Of a stretch of DNA of 64,000 nucleotides, positions 10,909-20,924 are shown piece after piece; position 1 is the stretch's first letter, and the number at the start of each line of letters is the position of its first letter. Source of the DNA: Yuukianura sp. NJ FZ-2021 (lineage: Eukaryota); contig CM102288.1 of NCBI GenBank assembly GCA_046563655.1, positions 1,922,001 through 1,986,000 on the forward strand, in the 5' to 3' direction. A model generated the notes under the pieces. The model had not been told where the DNA came from. It made no database searches and saw nothing but the letters and a program-made list of their open reading frames with translations. A program made the position numbers and the translations under genes.

Positions 10909-11297
10909 AACTGCTTTGACTTTAATCGAAGCACAATGTCGTTCTGAGCAATGTAGTCAGAACCCAAAACACACGGAACAGGAAGAGATTCTGCCACGAA
11001 GAACCTAAACCTAACTGTTCTCTCACCAATTTTTATGTACACAAATGTGAAACCACTTAAACGTAGCTCCTGATTGTTCATTGTCGTTGTAGACTTATTT
11101 TCTAATGGCACTACAACTGAATTTAATTTTTTACACAAATTTCTTTCAATTAGTGACTGTGAACATCCCGTATCAAAAATAGCCAAGAACTTTGACTGGT
11201 ACGCGGTCACACTCACAAATGGTATGGTTTCGTCCGAGATTTGAATTAATGTTGGGTGAATGATGGACGACTCGTCATTCCCCTCCTTTAGTTTAAC
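10788..11297 (-). CDS. Retropepsin aspartic protease, in the -1 frame relative to gag
   Basis: AIFDTGCSQSLI active-site motif and VLGSDYI. The frame is open from the slippery site at 11297 to TAG at 10788. Confidence 0.9.
   Translation of the reverse strand, partial: VKLKEGNDESSIIHPTLIQISDETIPFVSVTAYQSKFLAIFDTGCSQSLIERNLCKKLNSVVVPLENKSTTTMNNQELRLSGFTFVYIKIGERTVRFRFFVAESLPVPCVLGSDYIAQNDIVLRLKSKQFWFGAKRESKTLAFAPLWESADIPKKREMQKRGPKLLTFL
11228..11297 (-). promoter_or_regulatory. Probable -1 ribosomal frameshift signal (G_UUA_AAC plus a pseudoknot)
   Basis: Heptamer GTTAAAC at 11297-11291 directly before the gag TAA. After a 7-nt spacer there is a stem GGGGAATGA/TCATTCACCC, whose loop TCGTCC is complementary to the downstream GGACGA. 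Confidence 0.75.
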
Positions 11298-12808
11298 TTT
11301 TCTTTCAAATTTGTAGAAGTAGAAGGCCCTTGAGCCTGGTTCACATCTTCACTTTGAGCCACAGCTTTTTTAGCCGCCTCACTGAATGATCCTAGGGCCG
11401 CACCCATGTTCGTAGGACACTGAAACTGTCGATGACCGTAACCACTACATTTGTAGCACTGTACGTCTTCTGGATTCACTGGCTGCGAATTACCATTCCC
11501 ACGACCATTACCACGACCACTGGAACTACCACCACGATTTCCACGATAACCACCTCTACCACGCTGCACTGACTGATTTTGATTTTGAACAGAACTGTCT
11601 GAAACAGAAGGTCTCTGATTTTGACCTTGACTTTGACCTTGATTCTGAACATCACCATGATTTGGGGGGAAGCCAGTGAACTGACTCCCATTAGTTGTCT
11701 GAACCGAGCTTTGCTCCTGGTTTTGATTATGGTAGCCACCTCTGCCACGATAATTTGAGCCACGGTAACCACCACTGTAATTTCCTCTTCCTCTGTAGTA
11801 ATTTCCATTATTTCCGTTATTTTTGTGGTTAGCACTAGAACTAGCACCATCACTTCCACTTTTTTCATTTTCTGAATTTTTAGATTCAACTTTCACAATT
11901 GGTGGCAACTTTGGGTATTTTTCACGATTAATTCGATCTTCGGCACTTAAATTAGCGTGAGCAACACGACACGCTTCAAACAATGACTCAACTGTAGGAA
12001 AACTGCCAGTACCTAGAGCTGTACGAAGTCTTGGGTATAGGGCCAGTTTTGCCCTCATAACAGCCTCAGCTGTTGTTTCATGTGGGTACACTAATTTAGC
12101 ACTGCGCACCATATCGTAGATGAAATGTTCAGTTGGTTCATGTAACTGTTGCCTTCGGGTGTGCAAGAGTCTAGTCCGCTCTGCCACATCCATCCAATTG
12201 TCGTACCGATCAATAAATGCATCTTTAAACTCATCCCACGTTGTCACTGTATTTAGAATATGCTCAAACCATGGCTGAGACTCACTTGGCAACACTGTTT
12301 TAACTAAGTACAAAAATTGCTGCTCTGAATGTCCTTGTGCTGTGTAGTACCTTTCTACATCAGCAAGGTATCCTGCCGCTGACATCTTCCTGGTGTCGAA
12401 TTTTGGAACTGGTAATTTTGATGACAACGAGGTAAACTTCACGTTCTTTAAGGCAGCAATCAGCGCCTCTGTCTGACTTTCACTTTCACTCACAGTGGAG
12501 GCCGCAGTAGCGACTCCCGTGGACACTCTGGACACTATTTTGTCTTCCACGCCTTTCATGGCTTTTGCTACCGCAGCAGCAACTATCTTGTCCACGTCAT
12601 CTTTACTGTATGTTGCCATTGTCGATGCACCCGCAGGAACTGACACTATAGCACTAGATGTAGGAGTTGGAGATACACTCGGAGAAGTTTTGCTTCTCAA
12701 GAACGGTCCTTCCGCGTCAGGAGATAGTCCCTCTACTTCCACGCCGAATGCGACTGATTTGTCGATTTTTAACTTGGAAAGTTCACTAGGAACTTTCTTT
12801 TCACTCAT
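11288..12808 (-). CDS. Gag (506 aa from ATG 12808)
   Basis: Retrotransposon capsid-like region (WFEH...TWDEFKDAFIDRY...RRQQLHEP), RG/N/Q-rich region and zinc knuckle CYKCSGYGHRQFQC at 11417-11458. Confidence 0.9.
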   Translation of the reverse strand: MSEKKVPSELSKLKIDKSVAFGVEVEGLSPDAEGPFLRSKTSPSVSPTPTSSAIVSVPAGASTMATYSKDDVDKIVAAAVAKAMKGVEDKIVSRVSTGVATAASTVSESESQTEALIAALKNVKFTSLSSKLPVPKFDTRKMSAAGYLADVERYYTAQGHSEQQFLYLVKTVLPSESQPWFEHILNTVTTWDEFKDAFIDRYDNWMDVAERTRLLHTRRQQLHEPTEHFIYDMVRSAKLVYPHETTAEAVMRAKLALYPRLRTALGTGSFPTVESLFEACRVAHANLSAEDRINREKYPKLPPIVKVESKNSENEKSGSDGASSSANHKNNGNNGNYYRGRGNYSGGYRGSNYRGRGGYHNQNQEQSSVQTTNGSQFTGFPPNHGDVQNQGQSQGQNQRPSVSDSSVQNQNQSVQRGRGGYRGNRGGSSSGRGNGRGNGNSQPVNPEDVQCYKCSGYGHRQFQCPTNMGAALGSFSEAAKKAVAQSEDVNQAQGPSTSTNLKEKLN

Positions 12809-13001
12809 GAATGAACTTTGACACAACGGAGGCCACTGTTAGTGACTCCCAGAATGAATAAATTGGCGAAAGCCGCTGTTAGCGACTCTCTTAGGTGATT
12901 TTTTAGTATACACACTTTTTTAGGCACAATTTTACACAATTTTTCTTACTTTTATCTTGTTTGACCTCTGGTGACCTCCAGGTCACTGGATCTGGACACA
13001 A

Positions 13002-13011
13002 ACGGTCGCCA
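13002..13011 (-). promoter_or_regulatory. Primer binding site, tRNA-Arg type
   Basis: TGGCGACCGT starts 2 nt after the 5' LTR end. It resembles the tRNA-Arg PBS of insect 412/mdg1-type elements (recalled, not aligned to this species' tRNAs). Confidence 0.75.
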
Positions 13012-13013
13012 TG

Positions 13014-13395
13014 TGTAACGCCCTCCGACGCTAGAACAACTGAAAACAATCCTCACCAGACTCTCTCCGAGCCCACAGGCTCCCAGACCCAAATAACCTC
13101 CAGAAATCACCACTGCAAAACCATCGACGAATAATAAATATAGGTATATATTTATTGAGTCGATGAATAATATACACTGAAACAACTGCTAAATACTGAT
13201 CATAACTACTGATCGCTCCAACTCACTCAATAGCCAATCCAAGACTAAACTCTATCTACACAAATCTCCTCTCTCTCCTCAACCACACCGCCTCTCAAAT
13301 CTCCCGCAACTCATCTCTGCTAAATCTCAATAGCAAAATAATATATACAATAACCTAAACAATAACTGAATAACCTAATGCGCAGACGCCCAACA
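13014..13395 (-). repeat. 5' LTR (382 bp)
   Basis: Direct repeat of 7092-7473, followed on the minus strand by the PBS. Confidence 0.95.
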
Positions 13396-15360
13396 ATTCA
13401 AGACATGAATGAGAACGAAGACCGACAAACCACTCGAACTTTAGAAGTAAACTGAACTCGCCTTGCCAATGTACTCGTATTGTCGTATTGTAACACACGG
13501 CACAGCATAGCATACCGAGGACTACTAGGCACTCCACCCGGCATAGGTTTTTGCTGCAGTGAGAAAGATAGCACGCTAATTTTCAATACTGTTTAGCAAC
13601 TAAGTTATCTACATAAAACTTATTTACTTATTTAATTTGCCTGGATGATTATTTGCACTCAAGAAATTATTATTAGTTTTTTTTTCATAATGTAGATTAT
13701 TTTCATAATGTAGTTTATTTTTTTCAACGTGCAGTTGTTGATTTTATTTTTGTCGCGTCACCTATGTTAGGTTGAAGTGAATCAAACGCAGACATAAATT
13801 AAATTGCACTTATTTTTGTGGTTGTAATACACACAAAAATTTCACCTCAATATTATGCGTCATGAAAGTTGGAATTTTGCATGTGTTTTGCATCAAAAGT
13901 CAAAACTTCAAACTTTTCTAGCGTTTTGAAGTTTGGAATTGAAATTGACTCTGCTAACTTCACATGACAAACTCCGATTGCCTGATGGAGTACACTACCC
14001 AGGGGGAGTATGGTAAATACCACCCACCAATTCTCGACAACAACAAAAACAACGCAATTTTGTCCAATCCTTTTAGCTTTGGTTTAAGCATTGGATTCAG
14101 AGGTGTCCCGTTATAGCATATGAAACTGTGTATCCTTGGGGAGACTTGCATACTTTCCATGTTTTCACTTTTCAATCACTGGGAACTGGGACACAAGACG
14201 ACGATAGCAACGCGTAAGAAAACTGAATGCTCTTCTGCCTGAAGGACTTTGTAATATAAATTGGTAAACCGCAAATGCTAATAATAGGTGTTAATCAACT
14301 GCGGTTGAGCTGGAGTACGGCAGACGGCAGAGTTGCTGGCCAACGGTAGGGTCCCATTGCCGTTATCGGTTTTGTTAAAAACGTTTGGCTGACTTGACAG
14401 ACTGCATCAACAGATCTCAGGTAGTTTATACCTTATGCGATATGTTTATGTACACATAACCTCGCCTGGTTTTTGCATGTTTACATTCCATCTGATTCTA
14501 ACAAGCTATTATCAGTGCTATGGTTGTACCCGAACGCTTTTACCTCTTGCGCGATCTCTGCCTCCACACTGAAATTCTATGCTAATGGTAGCACCAAAAT
14601 AATATATTCCTCTGAATTGCGTAACACAAGGCGTTATTTTATTTTTTGGCAGGACATTCAGTTGCTGTTTCTGGGTGAAGGAGAATCTGGTTCGAGAAGG
14701 AAGAATTTCTAAAGAAGTGGGTTCCCTGGCTGGCAGAAAGCTTCTGTCATTCGTCTCTAATACCGTCGACACGACTATCTTCTGGTCCAGTGTACACAAG
14801 GCGGAAGGCAGATATTGTTTTGCGAGCGAGGAGAGGAGAACTGAAAGTCGTGTGGATTTGCGAAATGTTGGGTGGGACTCGACCCACTTCAACTTCAGGT
14901 TCAACGATCAAAGGCAACCAGGACGGATCTGTGCCAAGGAAAAGGGAGCCCTTCGGAGGTTTCAGTTTCGAGTCTGAATCTCTACCAGATTTCAGTGAAT
15001 TTGAAGAGAACAGCTCTGAATCAGCCAAGGGTGGAGCAGAAAAAGCGTAAACTTGTGTGCACAAACATTTTCCGTGTTGATTGTGTTACTAACTAAGCTA
15101 ATTGGAACTTGTTTTTGTTTTTGCTGCCTTAACACTACTTTCTGTAGTTGGAACCTAACGTCGACGGGCAGCTAAACGTCAACGCAGTGTGCAGCTAAAT
15201 AGTTTTATAACGAAAGTATATTGTCGAAGTTCTTAAGTTGTTTTGCCAAATTACACATTCGCTATTTGATTTCGTGTGGAACTACTAACAAGAAACCAAA
15301 AGAGTGAACCAAGTGCCAAAAATTGGAGATTCAATTACTAAACAAAAGTCTGAATTTGAA

Positions 15361-16888
15361 ATGTCCAGAAGGCCTGCAGATGGGAGAATGGCTCCTCAAA
15401 CAGTTATAGAAACAGTGACCATCTCCAGGCCTATAAAAGTAAGTCAAAACTTTCTATTCAGCATCCATTCATTCTGCGTTTCCGCAATTTTTTTTTGTCT
15501 GTGTTCTTCTTACAGCGCGAATCGAAGTCTCTTCCACGAATATCGATTTCTGATTTGCAAAGATTTCCTATCCGTTTATGATTTATGATGACCTGAGACC
15601 TCATTTGAAATCCAATGGATCCAGAAACTTCCGTACTCCTTGTGTTCCATTTTCTGAGATCATTTCCTTGTCTTTCATTTCTCACAAGTAGTATTTCAAT
15701 TCAAAATGGGATTCAATTGTGGGTCAAAGGTTAACTGTAACAATAATTAGCAGAAAAAAAATGCAATTCCTAGGCTAATCTTATTTAACAAATTTATTAA
15801 TTTTGATTTTCAGGTGATTGCCTTCCTGTGCGGCCTATTCGCGTGTTTTCTACTTGTAATGGCCCTAGCATCTTCGGAGTGGGTCATATCCGACAACTAT
15901 AAACAAGGTAAATTAAAAAAAAAAGAAACTAACCAAACAGTTTACGTCTTGTGTCCACTAAAGTTTATGTAATTGGTGACTTAATTCGTTTGTTTTTGAA
16001 GGACTCTTCATGTATTGTGTAACGAATAATACGAACGTGAACGACACACAACCCGTCCCGTTTGTGGCAATTGAGGACACTAAAGGTGCTGAGCCGGGGT
16101 GTCGTGGGATTGACCTTGCACAACAAGGTTACTGGAAATTGACAGCGAACAATTGCTAAGTTGTGTATGTATGTATGGAAATCGCTAATATAATAAATAT
16201 TTTTTTCAGCTTACACCCTGATCTGCGGTGGGTTCTGTGTGTCAGCCCTGTTGATCAGCATATTTGCAACACTTCTTACGGTTCTAGGCCTGCGATGTCG
16301 AGATGCTAATAAAAAGTACCAGTACTACCGTATAGGAACCATAGTTATGACGGTTGCATGTAAGTTGCCAATTACTTGACTATGATTAATTAACAATTGC
16401 TTTTCAAAAATTAAGTTTTGTGTATTAATGTTTCAGTGGTTGGTGCTTTGGTGGGTCTTGTAGTGTATCCAATCTGTTTTACCTCAGTTGTTTCGAGTAG
16501 TAAGTCAATTGCAATTCTAATTTTTCGGTTTCCTGAATTGAAATTTTGTCTTTTCTGGCCAATTTTCAGCTTTGCGCCGAGAGTATGAATTTGGATGGGC
16601 AATGGGGGTTGGATGGGGAGGTAATTGAATTAGTAGTGCAAACATTCTTGAATCATCACTTTTAGTTGAAAAGCTACCTAAGTTTTTTCGTTTAATAGCT
16701 GCCATTTTCCTGTTTGGTGGAATCATTCTTCTGCTCTGTGATAGAGAAACTGAAGAGATCTACTACAAGGTGAATAGTTTTTGAAAAAAGCATTCTGTGC
16801 AATTTTATGAACAGCATCCGAATTAAAAATTTTACTTTTCCAGGAACGCACAATCGTCCAGTATGCTGATGCAGATGATAAAAATTGA
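15361..16888 (+). CDS. TMEM47: TMEM47-like tetraspan protein (PMP22/claudin superfamily), multi-exon
   Basis: Spliced product MAPQTVIETVTISRPIK/VIAFLCGLFACFLLVMALASSEWV...QGLFMYC...YEFGWAMGVGWG...LLLCDRETEEIYYKE. The start may be 15361 or 15388. Confidence 0.75.
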
Positions 16889-17180
16889 AGTCTCCAGTAT
16901 GAATGAATTGACGTGTGGATGAAACAAGTGCAGATTGAACAATTACCAAAGAATATGTTTAGAGTGGGACATGAATTACTCCTTATACAAACCTGTTAAG
17001 TTCAAGTGCAATAAAATCCGAAAAATATACTTGCTGACACTTTATTTCATAATTTTGATTCTATATCCATGTATACTACATTGCTGTTTCACTATTTTTT
17101 TTTTTCATTTTTAAACAATTTGAAATTCAATTTCTTTGCAGAGCGGATTCATTTCCATATCCATAACCAAGCTCCATATT

Positions 17181-20100
17181 TTAGTGTGAGTTGTCCAAGA
17201 AGGAAGTTGGGGACTTCGGAGGTGGCAGTCTTCGTCGTGATGCTGGACTGAGATACACTTCACGCTCCGGGGAAGTCTTCACCACTCCTGGAACTGGTGG
17301 TTTGATACTCAGAGTTCCAGCGTAATTTCGAAATCTGTAAGAAAACAATATTTTGAACATCTTAGAATTTAAACTTTTAATGACGACTATCTTTTTCTAG
17401 AGAACAAGGAAAATTTCAGGAAATTTTCAGAAAATACCTCAACGGGACTTCCGAATTTGAAACTTCGTCAAAGACGCCTTGAAGCATGAACGCTAAGGGC
17501 CAAGATATCCATGACGCCCTGGAAAAAGAACATGAACAAGTACAAAAGTACTGATCGAATACTTATACTTCCAAAAATAAGTACTGCTGGAGTTAATCAC
17601 ACACCGATCTGTAGTTTTTTAGAATTTGCTATGTAAAAGTATTAATTTTTGTTATGTGGTTTTACAGCGGTGTAGTAGGTTGTTGCGGTACTGTCAGAGT
17701 GTCATTCTCTTTCTTGGGCGACGTTGTCGCCTTTTTTGATGTCGCTGCCAACTGGTTTCCCTGTGGTGGTCGTGCTTTTACGATTTTCGGGTTGTAAATT
17801 TTTGGATCCGAAACCATCCGAACAAAAAACGAACGTTTCTCTCGCAGCGTCTTTTGATTCTTTTCCTTCACAAGTTCTGTAACGCGTTCCTTGGATTCTT
17901 CTTCATCCTAAAAAATATTTAGCAAGAAAATTTCCAATTTTCTTTGTAACAATTCTTGGATTTCTCTTCATAATTTTAAAATTTGAGCAGGTCATGCTGA
18001 TTTGTACTGGCAGCATTGCTGGAACAACATGCGAGTTTTTGCAAGATGGACGACGGAAGCCAAAATAAAAGTTGCAAATCAAAGTAAAACTGAACCCATG
18101 CATTTAATAAATAGTTGAGAAATAATAAGCTAAAGTAAAAGTGAAATTATTCTGAATTGTTTGAATCTCCTTCGTCTAGTTCAGGAAGCACCGACGGTGG
18201 ACTCATCGGTGGAATCAAACTTCCACTGCGACTACGACTAGCTTGAGAAAAGTCATCAACAAAAGCAGAAACTGGGAACAACGATCCACTGCGACTGCGC
18301 GGAACAATAATTTCTGCATCTCCCAAGTCAATTGAAGCACGACCAGTGATGTCATTGAGTAAAGCCGTTTCTCGTGCAAGCGTAAAGCGACGTCCGCCCA
18401 AGTCTTTGTAAATTTCTGTAACTTCTTTGCTGGCTCGTCGACCCCATCCAGCCGCTGGAGGTGGCATTTCAATTACCTGAGTTTGGCCAACCTCTTCTCC
18501 ATGCAGTTCCATTACTTCTTCGGCGGTGTCACGAATGACATTCCAGGCATACTCTAGTCAAATGTAAGCAAAAATTAGGTTTTGACCTTTGACCTCTTTT
18601 ACAGATTCTCAGTTTGACCTTTGACCTCTTACAGATTCTCAGTTTGACCTTTGACCTCTTACAGATTCTCAGCTTGAGATGACTTACCCATGTCGGAATC
18701 CTGCGCAGCCTCTCTGCAAACACAGAATCGAATGACGTATTTGTCGTTGAGGGATGCTGGAACCATGTGAATTTTTCCAGAAGCGTTGATTGTCGAAAGA
18801 AGTTTTTGGTTGAGTGTATTTGATCCTTTGAGTCGGAAACACACCAGACCAAGCTGAAATCGAAGTCAACGCTTAGATTAGATTATTACTGAAAAATGTG
18901 GATTTTTCGAAATTTTTTGAAATTTTGAAAAGTTTACCTGGACTTTGTTCATGACTTCAAAGCGATTGTCGGAGCGTACAAGAGATTCAAAAACCTTGGC
19001 GAGGCGACAGTGTTCCCGAATGTATTTCCGGAGTCCTTCGACACCGTAAGTTCTAATGACAAACCACAGTTTGAGAGCTCTGAAGCGACGACTCAGAGGT
19101 ATTCCCCAATGCTATAAATACAAAATTCAAATTTTAAGAGCAATTTTTAAATTTTGAAGACAATTAACTTTGGAATGTAATTTACCCTGTAATCGATGGA
19201 TTTTTCAGAGTAGCAGTGCTGCAAGTAAAGTGGATCCACAACCAGGGCCTGCGTCAATTTGAACCGATCACTTACCCTGTCAATACCAAAACATAAAATT
19301 TCGATAAACGTTTTCAAAAAAGTGGAAAATTGTTGAAAAATTGGAAATTTTGATTTTCTCTGCTTACCACATGCAGGAACAGTCAAAGTTCGTCAGAAGC
19401 CATTTGTTCGTGTTTGTATTGAGAGAACTTGCATACTGCCAAAAACGAAAGCCAAGTTCAGAAAACCTCAGACCTTGGCGTTGCCGTTTTTAAATTTAAA
19501 TGATTTTTAAAAATCTCAACTTACCTGAATTCCATTGAAGAGATGACGATTCTCGGGACAGATCATGGACGACCCTGCATACGCCTATGAAAAATTCAAA
19601 AAGAATTGGATTAAACCAGCATTACTTTAAGTCAGGTGGCTTGATGTTCATGTTCAACAACTTCAGCACGGAATTCGTACGCTGTTTTTTTCAGCGAATC
19701 TAGCACTTACAGCATCCACATGAAGCCAAACGTCGTACTCCTTGCAGACTGGTCCGATCGCTTCTAAATTGTCAGCGGAACAGCACGAAGTCGTTCCAAC
19801 TGTCGTCGACACAAAGAATGGAATCAAACCATTTCGAACGTCTTCTTCCATAGCCTGAAGGCCAAAAAGTCAAAACTTCTACAAATTCGAAAAAAAAGTG
19901 CCCAAATTAATGTTTTTAAAAATTTCGATCTTACAAATCTGAGAGTCTCTCCCTGAAGTGAAAAGTTTTCATCGGGTTCCAAAATCCGGAGTTTGACGAA
20001 AGCAATCATGGCTCCTTTTTCGAGACAAGAATGTGCTTCTTTGGAGCAGTAAGCCATCAACTGCGACAAAAGTATTCCTTCATCGGCATTCGGATTCTTC

Positions 20101-20924
20101 TTTTTCAGTTTTTTTATTGCTTGTGCTCTGGCGGCCAGTAGAGCAACCAAAACACATTCACTGGCACTCCCCTGAAATCCAAAGGTCAAGAGGTCACAAC
20201 GTGATCTTAATTTTTAAAAACCAAAAGTAAACCAAAACTTGCCTGAATGACTCCGCCTCCTTTGCCATTTTCTGTATCAGACAAAAACTGTTCCGGAAGG
20301 CCCATCATTTTGGCAAACCAGTCCAACACGATCGTTTCAAGCTCGGTACAAGCAGGGCCAGCAGCCTAAAAATCAACCAATCAAAGACGTTTACTTTTGG
20401 TGACCTTTGACCTTTGACCCGAGAAGTTTTAAAATTACCCAAGAGAATCCTATACATCCAATGGCATCTCCCAAAATGTCCGCCAGAATTGATGGATATG
20501 AGTTTCCTGACGGGAAGTATGCATGGAAGCGTGGATGCTGCCAATGTGTCATCTAGACGAACAAAAAAAAATTTTGGATTGGTTAGTTCATTTTGAAATT
20601 TATAGTTTCTTAGTGTCAAATTGACACTAAGAAACTAAAAATTTCAAAATTGACACTGTCAATTGAAGCATTGTATTTGTACGGAAAGTTTCTTTCTGAA
20701 GTTCTCGAAAGTTTTCAACTTACCCCAATCATAATTTTATCTTCAACATCTTTCATAATTTCATCAAAATTTTCTGAATTTTCAGGAGCAGTATTTGGAA
20801 TAAGTTGTTTCAAGTATCCAGGCTCAATAGAGGGCGTTACTCTCCGTTTCTCGATGGTCTCCAAGTAATCTGCCACGAAGTCTATCATTTCCTTTCCTCT
20901 TCGTCTGAATTCATTGGAATCCAT
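17181..20924 (-). CDS. Tdc2: Tyrosine decarboxylase (PLP-dependent, group II), multi-exon
   Basis: Starts [20 protein letters not shown]. Contains [26 protein letters not shown] and [16 protein letters not shown]. The C-terminal [19 protein letters not shown] and SWISWPLAF are typical of Tdc2. Confidence 0.88.
18581..18672. repeat. 30-bp tandem repeat x3 in a Tdc2 intron
   Basis: Unit TTTGACCTTTGACCTCTTACAGATTCTCAG. Confidence 0.9.
20590..20650. repeat. Near-perfect palindrome (30-bp arms, 1 mismatch, 1-nt spacer) in the first Tdc2 coding intron
   Basis: ATTTTGAAATTTATAGTTTCTTAGTGTCAA-A-TTGACACTAAGAAACTAAAAATTTCAAAAT. Confidence 0.9.

Larger units (their letters stand above)
7092..13395 (-). 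mobile_element. Ty3/gypsy-type LTR retrotransposon, 6304 bp: gag, protease, integrase and an RRP6-like exonuclease; no RT or RNase H
   Basis: Two 382-bp direct repeats with TG...CA termini. 4-bp TSD ATTC at 7088-7091 and 13396-13399. PBS, PPT and four same-strand ORFs are present. Confidence 0.95.

Noticed and set aside
9478..11297. Copia classification because IN directly follows PR
   Set aside because: The integrase is gypsy-type (zinc-finger spacing, GPF motif), no RT follows it, and the 4-bp TSD and PBS fit gypsy-type elements.
7092..13395. Ginger-like DNA transposon explaining an integrase without RT
   Set aside because: The ends are long direct repeats with a PBS and PPT rather than TIRs, and gag and protease are present.
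14518..15096. Overlapping 74-128 aa ORFs between the element and TMEM47
   Set aside because: The composition looks coding-like, but I could not recognise a family or build a consistent gene model.
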